From the NCBI GenBank assembly GCA_965214705.1, contig OZ243972.1, positions 2,016,001 to 2,080,000 on the forward strand: a DNA stretch of 64,000 bases. The letters run 5' to 3'. Made by a program: the position numbers and the translations under genes. The first letter of the stretch is position 1, and each line of letters starts with the position of its first letter. The stretch comes from Alphaproteobacteria bacterium (GTDB taxonomy: Bacteria; Pseudomonadota; Alphaproteobacteria; UBA828). Below, in pieces: positions 20,004 to 31,253 of this stretch. The notes beneath the pieces are model-generated. The model saw nothing but the letters and a program-made list of their open reading frames with translations. It made no database searches and was not told the origin of the DNA.

Positions 20004-20606
20004 ATGACCGACGCCTATCTCGTCCTGCACGGCCTCGCGATCAAGAAGCACGCGGACGCCGCGGCGGTCGCCGCCGCGCTTGGACTCGCCGAAGACGAGG
20101 TGCGCGCCATGCTGGAGGATGCAGTGACGAAGGGCCGTGCAGCGTGCGCGGGCGAGGCATATTCGCTCACACCCGTCGCCCGTGTGGCGCTCGACGGGGC
20201 CTATTCCAGGCTGTTCGCCGCGCAACGGACCGATGCAGCCTTCGCCGCTGCCCACGAGCGCTTCGAGGCGATCAATCGAGAGCTCAAGGCACTGATGACC
20301 GCGTGGCAGACCATCGAAATCGATGGCGAGAGCGTGCTAAACGATCACTCCAACAAGGACTACGACGACAGACTGATCGATCGCCTCGGCGCCCTGCACG
20401 AGCGGGCCGAGGCGATCCTCCGGCAGCTCACCGCTGGTTTGCCGCGCCTCGCAATTTACGCCGAGAAGCTCGAGGCCGCGCTGGAGAGGGCCGAGGCCGG
20501 CGCTATCGAGTGGATCAGTGGCGCTAAGATCGAATCCTATCACACCGTGTGGTTCGAGCTTCACGAGGATCTGCTGCGGATCCTCGGCCGCACGCGGCAG
20601 GAGTAG
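20004..20606 (+). CDS. winged-helix-containing protein resembling mycobacterial Rv1126c (ppdK-adjacent family)
   Basis: N-terminal HTH-like segment; C-terminal SYHTVWFELHEDLLRILG recalled from proteins encoded next to truncated ppdK genes. Confidence 0.6.
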   Translation: MTDAYLVLHGLAIKKHADAAAVAAALGLAEDEVRAMLEDAVTKGRAACAGEAYSLTPVARVALDGAYSRLFAAQRTDAAFAAAHERFEAINRELKALMTAWQTIEIDGESVLNDHSNKDYDDRLIDRLGALHERAEAILRQLTAGLPRLAIYAEKLEAALERAEAGAIEWISGAKIESYHTVWFELHEDLLRILGRTRQE

Positions 20607-20608
20607 GC

Positions 20609-22369
20609 ATGGCTGACCTCGGCCGCTGGGTCCTTCCCCTCGATGGCGCCGCGCTGCCCGACCGCGCGCTCATCGGCGGCAAGGCGTGGGGTGTCGCCGT
20701 CATGCGCCACGCGGGCCTGCCGGTGCCGCCTGCCTTTGTGGCGACCACCGAGGCCTGCCGCGCCTACCTCGCCGAGGGCCAGTTGCCGGACGGCCTCCTC
20801 GACGAGCTTTACGCCGGCATCACCATGCTTGAGGCCGAGACCGGGCGTCGCTTCGGCGTGCTCGAGCGCCCGCTGCTGCTGGCCGTCCGCTCCGGCGCCG
20901 CCGTCAGCATGCCGGGCATGCTGGACACGGTGCTCAACCTGGGAATGAGCGAAGAGATCGAGGCGGCTCTAGCGCGGGAGAGCGGCGACACCGCCTTTGC
21001 CCGTGACACGCATCGGCGCTTCCACGAGATGTATTCGCGCATCGTGCTCAAGGCGGGGATCGACGGTCTGCCTCCCGAGGGGAGCGTGGAGACATGGCGG
21101 GCGGCGGTAGCGGAGGCGGGGGCTGCGGGAAGCGTGCCGACGGACCCGCGCGATCAGCTTCTGGGCGCGGTCCGTGCCGTGTTCGACTCGTGGAACGGGC
21201 GGCGCGCGAAACGTTATCGCCGGCATCACGGGCTCCCGGACGACGGGGGGACTGCGGTGACGATACAGGCCATGGTGTTCGGCAACCTCGGCGAGAACAG
21301 CGGGACCGGCGTCCTCTTCAGCCGCAATCCGCTCTGCGGGGCGCCCGAGCCATACGGCGAATACCTTGCCCGTGCCCAGGGGGAGGACGTGGTCTCCGGC
21401 CAGCGGACGCCGCAGGGACTGGATGCGCTGGCATCGACCCTGCCGGACGCGCACGACGCGCTGATCGACGCCGCCCGACGGCTCGAAGCGCTGAACCGGG
21501 ATGTGCAGGACATCGAGTTCTCGGTACAAGAAGGCGCGCTCTACCTGTTGCAGACCCGTGCCGCCGCGCGGGCTCCCGCCGCGGCCGTCCGCATCGCGGT
21601 CGATCTGGTGAACGAGGGAACGATCTCCACCGACGAAGCTCTCGCCCGCGTCAGTGCGAGCCAGGTCCGCACGCTGCTCATGCCTCGTCTCGCCGATGGC
21701 GCCGCCGAGACCGCCCCCCTTCTCGCGGAGGGAGAGGGCGCGAGCCCCGGCGTCGGCATCGGTGAGGTCGTGCTGGACGCCGATACAGCCGAGGCTCGCG
21801 GTGCAGCCGGCGAGGACGTGGTGCTGGTGCGGCCGACGACCAGCCCGGAGGATGTGCACGGCATAGTCGTCGCCCGCGCGGTCGTGACGGCGACCGGGGG
21901 TGCGACCTCCCATGCCGCCGTGGTCAGCCGCTCCCTCGGCGTCCCCTGCGTCGTCGGCTGCGGCGCCCGCGCGAGCGATGCCCTCGCAGGCAGGGAGGTG
22001 ACGGTGGATGGCAAGGCGGGACAAGTGTTCGACGGCGCATTGCCGGTGAGCGCACCCGCGGAGACGGACGATCCGCACCTGTGTCAGATCACGGACTGGG
22101 CTCGCGCGGCCGCGCCGCTCGCGGTCTACCGCGCAGATGAGGCAGCGCCCAGCGATGCGCTCGAACTCGACCGCCTGCCCGGCGGCGAAGACACCGAGAG
22201 GTTGCTGGGGCTGTTACGGGGGGTATCGGGTGCCAGCGGGGGCGCACTTGCCAGTGATGCGGGCGTCGCGGCCGCTGTTGCCGCCGGTCTCGACTTCATC
22301 GTCGTCCGCCACGCCCTGCCGGCACTGCTCGCGGCCTGTGGCGCTGCGCGCGCGGAGCCGCCCGCATGA
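20609..22369 (+). CDS. truncated pyruvate phosphate dikinase-like protein (ATP-grasp + phospho-His domains only)
   Basis: GGKA, VRSGAAVSMPGMLDTVLNLG, QGEDVVSG, DIEF, LQTR, GGATSHAAVVSR; ends at 586 aa with no pyruvate-binding barrel. Confidence 0.88.
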   Translation: MADLGRWVLPLDGAALPDRALIGGKAWGVAVMRHAGLPVPPAFVATTEACRAYLAEGQLPDGLLDELYAGITMLEAETGRRFGVLERPLLLAVRSGAAVSMPGMLDTVLNLGMSEEIEAALARESGDTAFARDTHRRFHEMYSRIVLKAGIDGLPPEGSVETWRAAVAEAGAAGSVPTDPRDQLLGAVRAVFDSWNGRRAKRYRRHHGLPDDGGTAVTIQAMVFGNLGENSGTGVLFSRNPLCGAPEPYGEYLARAQGEDVVSGQRTPQGLDALASTLPDAHDALIDAARRLEALNRDVQDIEFSVQEGALYLLQTRAAARAPAAAVRIAVDLVNEGTISTDEALARVSASQVRTLLMPRLADGAAETAPLLAEGEGASPGVGIGEVVLDADTAEARGAAGEDVVLVRPTTSPEDVHGIVVARAVVTATGGATSHAAVVSRSLGVPCVVGCGARASDALAGREVTVDGKAGQVFDGALPVSAPAETDDPHLCQITDWARAAAPLAVYRADEAAPSDALELDRLPGGEDTERLLGLLRGVSGASGGALASDAGVAAAVAAGLDFIVVRHALPALLAACGAARAEPPA

Positions 22370-22836
22370 GCATCGACCGCAAGGAGGTCGAGGCGCTGGT
22401 CCGCCTCTTCGAGCGCTCGGACTGGCACGAGCTCCGGCTCGAGACCGACGGCTTGAAGCTGGTGCTGTCGAAGGACGCTGATGCGGCCCCGATCGACTTG
22501 GCGGCGGAGGCTGCAGGAGCTTCGGCGGAGCAAGCCCAGCCGGTGCCGGCGCCCGAGGAGGTGCCAGCCGACGGGCTTGTCCCGATCACGGCGCCTAATC
22601 TCGGCACCTTCTACCGCGCGCCGAAACCGGGAGTCGCGCCCTACGTGGAGGTCGGCCAGCAGATCGGCGAAGCGACCGAAGTATGCCTGATCGAGGTGAT
22701 GAAGCTGTTCACGCCGGTGCGGGCCGGGATCAGCGGCCGGATCGCCAAGGCCTGCGTCGAGGACGGTGAGATGGTGGAGTTCGGCGCGCCGCTGTTTCTG
22801 GTCGAGCCGGAGGCAGAGACGGCCGAGCCTGCGTGA
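22366..22836 (+). CDS. biotin carboxyl carrier protein (AccB-like)
   Basis: APNLGTFYRAP, IEVMKLF biotinylation motif, VEFGAPLF. Confidence 0.92.
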   Translation: MSIDRKEVEALVRLFERSDWHELRLETDGLKLVLSKDADAAPIDLAAEAAGASAEQAQPVPAPEEVPADGLVPITAPNLGTFYRAPKPGVAPYVEVGQQIGEATEVCLIEVMKLFTPVRAGISGRIAKACVEDGEMVEFGAPLFLVEPEAETAEPA

Positions 22837-24194
22837 TGGCCCTCTCGCGGGTCTTCGTCGCCAACAGGGGCGAGATCGCCGTGCGCATCGTTCGCGCATG
22901 CCGCGCGCTCGGCCTTGAGAGCGTCGTCGGCGTCTCCGACGCGGACCGCGAGGGCTTGGCGGCGGAGCTCGCGGACCGAGCGGTCGTGCTGGGTCCGGCG
23001 CCGGCACGGGACAGCTATCTCAATGCCAATTTGGTGGTGCACGCGGCGAAGGCGACCGGGTGCGATGCATTGCATCCGGGCTACGGCTTCCTCTCCGAAT
23101 CGGCGGCGCTTGCCGGGCTGAGCGAGCGGGAGGAGATCGCGTTTGTGGGACCGCGGGCCGAGACCATCGAGCGGCTCGGCGACAAGCTCACCGCCCGCGC
23201 CATCGCTGCCGAGGCGGGCGTGCCCATCGTTGCCGGCTCGGGTGAAATCCGCTCGGCGGCAGACGCCCGCAGGTTCGCCGCGCAGGCCGGCTATCCGGTG
23301 CTGATGAAGGCCAGCGCCGGCGGCGGCGGGCGGGGCATGTTCGTTGCGCGGACGGAGGCGGACATCGACGACGGCTTCGAGCGCTCATCGGCGGAGGCCG
23401 AGGCTGCCTTCGGCGACGGGGCGCTCTTCGTCGAACGCTTCGTCGAGGACGCGCGCCACGTCGAGGTCCAGATCATGGGGGACGGCGCCGGCGCGGTCGT
23501 CCACTTCGGCGAGCGGGATTGCTCCGTGCAACGGCGTTTTCAGAAGATGGTGGAGGAAGCGCCGGCGGCCGCGCTGCCGGCCGAGGCGCGAACGCAGATT
23601 CACGACGCCGCCTGCCGGCTCGCGCGCCATCTCGACTACCGGAGCGCGGGCACGGTCGAGTTCCTCTACGACGTGGCGCGCGGCGAGGCCTACTTCATCG
23701 AAGCCAACGTGCGTATTCAGGTGGAGCATCCGGTGACAGAGGAAGTCACCGGCATCGACCTGATCGAGGAGCAGCTGCGCATCGCAAGCGGCGGCGGGCT
23801 CAGCGTCGCGCAGGAGGACATCGCGCTGAGCGGCCACGCCATCGAATGCCGGATCAACGCCGAGGCGCCGGAGCGGGACTTTGCGCCATCGCCCGGCCTG
23901 ATCGCCGCCTGGTGCGCGCCGAAGGGCCAGGGCATCCGTATCGACAGCCATTGCCGCGCCGGCGCCTTCGTTCCCCCTTTCTACGACAGCATGATCGCCA
24001 AGCTGATCGTGCGCGCCGACGATCGCGCCGAGGCGGTGACCCGCATGGGCGGTGCGTTGGAGAAATTTAGGATCGACGGGATCGACACGAACCTTGCCTT
24101 CCAGGCGCGCCTGGTGCGGCACCCTGATTTCGTGGCCAACAGGCTCAACACGCGCTGGCTGGAGGATGTCTTCATGCCCTCGCTGACGCACTGA
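22833..24194 (+). CDS. biotin carboxylase (AccC-like)
   Basis: ANRGEIA, HPGYGFLSE, GGGGRGM, ERDCSVQRR, RIQVEHPVTE, YDSMIAKL. Confidence 0.95.
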   Translation: MMALSRVFVANRGEIAVRIVRACRALGLESVVGVSDADREGLAAELADRAVVLGPAPARDSYLNANLVVHAAKATGCDALHPGYGFLSESAALAGLSEREEIAFVGPRAETIERLGDKLTARAIAAEAGVPIVAGSGEIRSAADARRFAAQAGYPVLMKASAGGGGRGMFVARTEADIDDGFERSSAEAEAAFGDGALFVERFVEDARHVEVQIMGDGAGAVVHFGERDCSVQRRFQKMVEEAPAAALPAEARTQIHDAACRLARHLDYRSAGTVEFLYDVARGEAYFIEANVRIQVEHPVTEEVTGIDLIEEQLRIASGGGLSVAQEDIALSGHAIECRINAEAPERDFAPSPGLIAAWCAPKGQGIRIDSHCRAGAFVPPFYDSMIAKLIVRADDRAEAVTRMGGALEKFRIDGIDTNLAFQARLVRHPDFVANRLNTRWLEDVFMPSLTH

Positions 24195-24205
24195 GCGGAG
24201 CACCG

Positions 24206-25666
24206 ATGGCGCACATCGAATTCCTCGACGAGACCATGCGGGACGGGCAGCAGAGCCTGTGGGGCATGCGCATGCAGGCCGGCATGGCGCTCCCCATTGC
24301 CCCGGTGATCGACCGGGTCGGCTACCGCGTGGTGGACCTCACCGGCTCCAGCCTCTTCGAGGTGCTGATCCGCCATTGCCGCGAGAACCCGTGGGAGGGC
24401 CTCGACCTCTTGGTCGACGCCATGCCCAACAGCACGATTCGCGGCGGCATGCGCAGCAACGCGAGCGTCACCTTTGGCGTAACGCCCGATGCGCTTATGG
24501 ACGTCTGGATGCGGCAGCTCTGCGTGCACGGCTGCCGCAGCTTCTGGATTTACGACGTGCTCTTCAACATCGACAAGACCCACCGCCTCGCCAAGGTGGC
24601 CAAGGAGTTCGGCGCGGAGGTGGCAGGCGCCATCATGTTCACGCTGAGCCCCGTGCATACCGACGACTACTACGCCGACAAGGCAGACAAGCTCTCAGCC
24701 TCGCCGGATATCGACACCATCCTGCTTTACGACACTGGCGGTGTGCTGGAGCCCGACCGCATGCACACGCTGGTGCCGGCCATTATGGCGAAGGCGCGCG
24801 GCAAGCCCATCGAGTTCCACTCGAATAATCTGCTGGGCGCCTCCGGCCGCGCCTACGTTGAGGCAATCGAGCTCGGCATCCACATTCTGCACACCGCCTG
24901 CGGGCCGATGGCGAACGGCCCGTCGGTCCCCTCGGTCGAGGTGATGACGCGGAACGTCGAACACCTTGGCCACACCCACAACATCGACTGCTCGCTGCTA
25001 CCCGAGATCGCCGAGCACTTCGAGCGCGTGGCCGGAGCTGCGGGTTTCTCTATCGGCGTGCCCCAGGAATACGATCTCTTCTCGGTGCGGCATCAGGTGC
25101 CGGGCGGGATGATGGGCACGCTCAAGGCGCAGCTCGTCCAGCACGAGATGGCGGACCGGCTCGACGACGTGCTGGAGGAGACCGGCCGCGTGCGCCGCGA
25201 GCTCGGCTACCCCGGTATGGCGACGCCCTTCTCCCAGCTCGTCGGCACCCTCGCTGTGCTCAACATCGTAAGCGGCGAGCGCTACGCCGTGATTCCCGAC
25301 GAGGTGATCCAGTATGCCGGCGGGCACTACGGTGAGCCGGTAGCGCCCATCGACGAAGACGTGCTGGACCGGATCATGGCCGCACCGCGTGCCAGGGAAG
25401 TGCTGGCCGAGCCGCCGGAGCAGCCCACGGTTGCCGAACTGCGCAGGCGCCACGGCACCGACGATGACGACGAGCTGATCCTGCGCGCTCTGGTGCCGGC
25501 GGCAGACCTCGAAAGGATGCGGGCCGCTGGCCCGGTGAAGCGGGACTTCCCGATCCTGTCCACGCCGGAGCTCGAGCACGTGCGCAAACTCATGATGCTG
25601 TCGACCTCGAAGTATGTCGAGGTGCAGACCGCGACGCTCTCGGTCTCGCTGCGACGGGCGGGCTGA
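24206..25666 (+). CDS. carboxyltransferase, pyruvate carboxylase B / OadA / transcarboxylase 5S-like (divergent)
   Basis: DETMRDGQQSL, ENPWE, TLSPVH, HQVPGGM, VRRELGYPGMATPFSQLVG; no fused biotinyl domain. Confidence 0.85.
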   Translation: MAHIEFLDETMRDGQQSLWGMRMQAGMALPIAPVIDRVGYRVVDLTGSSLFEVLIRHCRENPWEGLDLLVDAMPNSTIRGGMRSNASVTFGVTPDALMDVWMRQLCVHGCRSFWIYDVLFNIDKTHRLAKVAKEFGAEVAGAIMFTLSPVHTDDYYADKADKLSASPDIDTILLYDTGGVLEPDRMHTLVPAIMAKARGKPIEFHSNNLLGASGRAYVEAIELGIHILHTACGPMANGPSVPSVEVMTRNVEHLGHTHNIDCSLLPEIAEHFERVAGAAGFSIGVPQEYDLFSVRHQVPGGMMGTLKAQLVQHEMADRLDDVLEETGRVRRELGYPGMATPFSQLVGTLAVLNIVSGERYAVIPDEVIQYAGGHYGEPVAPIDEDVLDRIMAAPRAREVLAEPPEQPTVAELRRRHGTDDDDELILRALVPAADLERMRAAGPVKRDFPILSTPELEHVRKLMMLSTSKYVEVQTATLSVSLRRAG

Positions 25667-25667
25667 C

Positions 25668-26837
<1,170 letters not shown>

Positions 26838-26846
26838 GGGCGCCGC

Positions 26847-27587
26847 CTACGCTGCCAGGTAGTGGCCGCCGTTGACGAAGATGGTCTGTCCCTGGACGAA
26901 CGCGGCCTCCGGGCGCGCGAGGAAGCGAATCACGCTGGTGTAGTCCTCGTCCTGTACGCCGCGCCCGCTCGGGTTGGTCTCGGCGGCGTGCTTCACGATC
27001 TCGTCCGCCCGATCGCCGAACAGCGCCCGCACCGCATCGGTATGGACCACGCCCGGCGCGACGCAGTTGATGCGGATGCCGCGCGGCGCGAGCTCGCTTG
27101 CGAGATAGCGCACCAGCGATTCCGCAAGTGCTTTGGCGACGCCGATGGCGGCGTAGTTGGGCACCACGGTGCGTCCGCCCCGGCTTGTGAGGAAGAAAAC
27201 GGTGCTGCCGCGCACGAGCAGCGGATCGGCCGCCTGCACGAGGTAGAGCAGCGCCGTGCCGTTGAGGTTGACGGCGGCGGTGAAGTCGTCCGCGTCGCAG
27301 TCGAGCGCAGGCTTGGGAATGGCTCGGACGGCGCAGTGCACGAGCTGGTCGAGCGTGTCCGTCCGCTCTGCCACCGCGGCGAGCACGGCACGGGCCCCCT
27401 CCGGCGTGCCGACATCCCGCTTGATTACATGACAGCGCGCGCCCGCCGATTCGACCAGGGACCGGGCCTCGCCCGCCGCATCGTCGTCGCCCGCATAGTT
27501 GAGAAACACGTCCACGCCCGGTTCGGCGAAGGCGAGCGCGATGGCGCGTCCGATGCCCTTGGTCCCGCCGGTAATCAGGATCGACAT
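26847..27587 (-). CDS. SDR oxidoreductase (FabL-like enoyl reductase type)
   Basis: TGGTKGIG, NYAAIGVAK (Yx6K), NCVAPG, GQTIFVNGG. Confidence 0.85.
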   Translation of the reverse strand: MSILITGGTKGIGRAIALAFAEPGVDVFLNYAGDDDAAGEARSLVESAGARCHVIKRDVGTPEGARAVLAAVAERTDTLDQLVHCAVRAIPKPALDCDADDFTAAVNLNGTALLYLVQAADPLLVRGSTVFFLTSRGGRTVVPNYAAIGVAKALAESLVRYLASELAPRGIRINCVAPGVVHTDAVRALFGDRADEIVKHAAETNPSGRGVQDEDYTSVIRFLARPEAAFVQGQTIFVNGGHYLAA

Positions 27588-27803
27588 GACGCCCTCACTC
27601 TACGCTGCACCTTCGGACAAGCCGCCCATAAGTGTTTGATGCTACCACGCAATAGTATCGACTGCGCTGCTTGACGGAGGCCCTTCCGTCGATAGACTGC
27701 CGCCCTCCCGGCGAGTCGCTCAAGACCATCCCGCTGGCGGCGCCCGGCATACTGATCGGGCGCGGCGTGCGCTGGCGCTGGACCGCGTGAGGGGATTCGA
27801 CAC

Positions 27804-28664
27804 ATGACCGTGAACACCATCGGCGTGGTCGGCGCCGGCATGATGGGCTCGGAGATCGCGCTCGTGATGGCGCTCGCCGGCAAGTCGGTGCTGCTGAGCG
27901 ACCGCGATCGGGCGCTTCTCGACAAGGCAGCGGCCAAGCTCGACGGCGTGCTCGACAAGGGCGTCGCGCGCGGCCTGTACAGCGCGGACGATAAGGCCCG
28001 CGCGCTGGCCAACCTGCGCACCACCCTCGATCTCGGCGACTTCGCCTCCTGCGACATGGTGATCGAGGCCGTGTTCGAGAACGAGGAGGTGAAGGCCGGC
28101 GTCTATCGGGCGCTTGGCGAGGCTCTGGCGCCGAAATGCCTGATCGCGAGCAACACGTCGAGCATCTCGATCAGCGTGCTCGCCTCCTACCTGGAGGAGG
28201 CGCGCAGGCCCTTCTTCCTCGGCACCCACTTCTTCTCTCCGGTCTCGCGCATGAAGCTTGTCGAGGTGATTCCGGGGCTGGAGACGGCGGACGAGACCGT
28301 CGCCGCCGTGACCGCCGTCTGCGAGGAGGCGGGCAAGACGCCGGTGCCGATCAAGGATGTCGTCGGCTTCGCGGTCAATCGGCTGATCCACATCTTCTGG
28401 ATCGAGGCGATTCGCTTGGTGGAGGAAGGGGTGGCGACGCCGGAAGATATCGACACCGCCTGCAAGCTCGGCATGGGACTCCCGGTCGGACCCTTTCGGC
28501 TTATGGACGCAGTGACCAACAACCTCAGCCTTGACGTGCAGGAGATCCTGCACGAGGCCTACGGGCCGCGCTTCATGCCCCGCCCCCTGCTGAAGCAAAT
28601 GGTAAAGGCGGGCTACAATGGGCGGAGCACAGGCAAAGGCTGGTATCGCTACGACGAGAGCTGA
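27804..28664 (+). CDS. 3-hydroxyacyl-CoA dehydrogenase
   Basis: GAGMMG, IEAVFENEEVK, SNTSS, HFFSP, GFAVNR, PVGPF. Confidence 0.93.
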   Translation: MTVNTIGVVGAGMMGSEIALVMALAGKSVLLSDRDRALLDKAAAKLDGVLDKGVARGLYSADDKARALANLRTTLDLGDFASCDMVIEAVFENEEVKAGVYRALGEALAPKCLIASNTSSISISVLASYLEEARRPFFLGTHFFSPVSRMKLVEVIPGLETADETVAAVTAVCEEAGKTPVPIKDVVGFAVNRLIHIFWIEAIRLVEEGVATPEDIDTACKLGMGLPVGPFRLMDAVTNNLSLDVQEILHEAYGPRFMPRPLLKQMVKAGYNGRSTGKGWYRYDES

Positions 28665-28708
28665 GCCGGGGCAGCGTGCGCGCTCGACCGGATCGAGGAG
28701 GGAGAGGC

Positions 28709-29740
28709 ATGGAAGCAGCGGTGTTCAAGGGCGTCGGCAATCCGCTATCGATCGAGCAGGTGGATGAGCCGTCCGTCCGCCCCGGCGACCTCCTGATCAA
28801 GGTCGAGTTCTGCGGCATCTGCGGCTCCGACCTGCACGCGACCGAGGCGGGCGCGCTGGTGGTGCCGGACGGCCAGATCCTGGGCCATGAGTTTACCGGA
28901 ACCGTCGTGGAGACGGGTGCGGAAGTGGGCGGGGACTGGAAGGTCGGCGACCACGTGACAGCCGTGCCGGTCAACGCCTGTGCGGAGTGCGGGCGCCAGT
29001 GCAAGCTCGGCATGGGCATCCACTGCCCCAACAACATCATCACCGGCTTCGGTGCGCCGGGGGCTTATGCCGAGTACATCCGCGTCGATGCCGGCAACGC
29101 GCTCAGGCTGCCGCAGGGCCTCGGCTTCCGCGAGGGTGCGACGGCGGAGCCGCTCTCGGTCGGCCATCACGTGATCGACAAAGCCGGCATGCGGCCCGGC
29201 ACCAATGTACTGGTGATCGGTGCCGGCCCCATCGGCCTCTCGTGCACGACCTTCACCCGCTTCTCCGGCGCCCGCCACGTCGTGGTGAGCGAGTTCGCCG
29301 CGAACCGCCGTGAGCGCGCGCTCGCGATGGGCGCGACCGCGGTCATCGATCCCAACGCGGGCGACGTGGCCGAGCAGTATGCGGCGATCGCCGGCGGTCC
29401 GCCCGACCTCGTGATCGAGTGCGTGGGCGTCCCCGGCATGCTGGGGCTCTGCATCGACCTGGTGAAGCACCAGGGCAAAGTCATGGTCTGCGGCGTCTGC
29501 ACCAACGAGGAGAGCTTCATCCCGCTCGCCGCGCTGGCGAAGGAGGTGTGCCTGCAGTGGGCGCTCGGCTACAAGCCGCGGGACTTCGAGGTGGTGCTCG
29601 AGCTGCTCGCGAGCGGGCGGATCGACCCGGCGCCGCTCATCACCCATGTGATCGGCTTCGACGATCTCGCCGCGCGCTTCGAGAAGCTCAGGACGCCGAC
29701 CGAAGAGTGCAAGGTGCTGCTGCGCCCCCAGCGGGACTGA
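28709..29740 (+). CDS. zinc-dependent alcohol dehydrogenase (MDR family)
   Basis: CGICGSD, GHEF, structural Zn cysteines, EPLS, GAGPIG. Confidence 0.9.
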   Translation: MEAAVFKGVGNPLSIEQVDEPSVRPGDLLIKVEFCGICGSDLHATEAGALVVPDGQILGHEFTGTVVETGAEVGGDWKVGDHVTAVPVNACAECGRQCKLGMGIHCPNNIITGFGAPGAYAEYIRVDAGNALRLPQGLGFREGATAEPLSVGHHVIDKAGMRPGTNVLVIGAGPIGLSCTTFTRFSGARHVVVSEFAANRRERALAMGATAVIDPNAGDVAEQYAAIAGGPPDLVIECVGVPGMLGLCIDLVKHQGKVMVCGVCTNEESFIPLAALAKEVCLQWALGYKPRDFEVVLELLASGRIDPAPLITHVIGFDDLAARFEKLRTPTEECKVLLRPQRD

Positions 29741-29753
29741 TGGGAGAGGACTC

Positions 29754-30539
29754 ATGACAGGACGGGTTGACGGCAAGATCGCGCTGATCTCGGGCGCCGG
29801 CACGGGCGTCGGGCGCGCCTGCATGGTCCTCTTCGGGCGCGAGGGCGCCAAGGTCGTCGGCTGCTCGCGCACCCAGGCGAACCTGGACGAGACGCTGCGG
29901 CTCACGAAGGAAGCGGGCGGCGACGGCTTCGTGGAGGCCCACGATCTGGCCCAACCGGAACGCGCGGAGGCCCTGATCCAGGCCACCATGGATGCCTACG
30001 GGCGCATCGACATCCTCGTGAACTGCGCGAGCGTCGGCTACAGCTGGCTGGAGAAGAGCCCGGACTCCATGGGCGACGTGGTCAACACCACGCCCGAGAA
30101 GTGGCAGGAGGTGATGGGGATCAACCTCGATTCCTATTTCTTCCTCTGCCGCGGCGTGATCCCCATCATGCAGAAGCAGGGCGGGGGCGCGATCGTCAAC
30201 GTGGCCAGCATCTCGGGCTTCCAGGGCCTTCCCGTCGCGCACACCTACACGGCGGCGAAAGGGGCGGCGATCAACCTGACGCGGTCGCTCTGCGTGACCT
30301 ATGCCAAGGACAATATCCGGGCCAATTGCGTCGCACCGGGCTTCATCGACACGCCGATGGTGGCGCCCGTCCTCAACCTCTTCGACGATCCGGACATGGC
30401 GGACCGCCTCACGCCGATGCTGCGCCCCGGCACGCCCGAGGAGATGGCCTACGGCTGCCTCTATCTCGGCTCCGACGAAGCGACCTACTGCAACGGCACC
30501 GTGCTGACCATCGACGGCGGCACCACGGCACGGCAATAG
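29754..30539 (+). CDS. SDR family oxidoreductase
   Basis: SGAGTGVG, VNVAS, YTAAK, NCVAPG, IDGG. Confidence 0.92.
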   Translation: MTGRVDGKIALISGAGTGVGRACMVLFGREGAKVVGCSRTQANLDETLRLTKEAGGDGFVEAHDLAQPERAEALIQATMDAYGRIDILVNCASVGYSWLEKSPDSMGDVVNTTPEKWQEVMGINLDSYFFLCRGVIPIMQKQGGGAIVNVASISGFQGLPVAHTYTAAKGAAINLTRSLCVTYAKDNIRANCVAPGFIDTPMVAPVLNLFDDPDMADRLTPMLRPGTPEEMAYGCLYLGSDEATYCNGTVLTIDGGTTARQ

Positions 30540-31253
30540 GCGCTGGGGCCTATCCTTCGGCCACGGGCCGCCGGCCTTGCGGACTCGACGCCCTGGTCGA
30601 TTCGGTTCCACCCAACTGTCCGTCAACTGGGACCCCACGCCACACCTCGGGGAAATCCGGCCAGGCCGGGCAAGAGTCCGGACCACGAAGAGGCTCGGTG
30701 GCCTTGAACTGCGTTTCTCTCGCTATTTCAACGTATTGACGTGAAGGTGTCATCGCCGACCGCGCTGAGCCGGGCGGACGCGCGTCATTCAATCGTCAAG
30801 ATTCAAGATACGGTCATGCCACCGCAAGTCGTGCCTCCCACAATGCCGCGCAACAGCACGGGCGGCGGTCCCCGGCAGAAGTTGTTGTCCGCGACCTGAC
30901 GAAGACATTCGGCTAGGACCGGACGGCGCTTGCGCGGGCCGACATCGCCCGGCGTGCGAGCCAGCGGGCGGCTGCTCTTCCAGCCGAAGAGAGACATCTG
31001 GCTTCGACCACTCCGAAAAGATTGGTAGCGAACTCTCAACCGATGACATCATGCCTGTCCATCACGGCGTGACCGAACAGATTCCTCCCGCATGTGCTCT
31101 CCAATGGTCTGGAGTTTCCTTTTTTGTGCTTACTTGGTGTGTATTTTCCTCAATCCGGTGTCTCGGTCACGCTCGTGCGGTCTTCCAAGCTATTGAGTTG
31201 CAATGCATATTCGCGTCGGCGCAGTAGACCGTGCTAGTGGTGAGAAATGCGGG

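Noticed and set aside
20609-22369. Ordinary ppdK or a ppdK pseudogene
   Set aside because: No pyruvate-binding domain or remnant downstream; motifs are intact and the stop is coupled to the next gene
22366-24194. Housekeeping accB/accC of fatty-acid synthesis
   Set aside because: The partner is a pyruvate-carboxylase-type carboxyltransferase in a catabolic operon, so gene symbols were withheld
30550-31250. Short ORFs between the SDR and gntR genes
   Set aside because: No recognisable motifs or coding-like pattern; possibly decayed sequence
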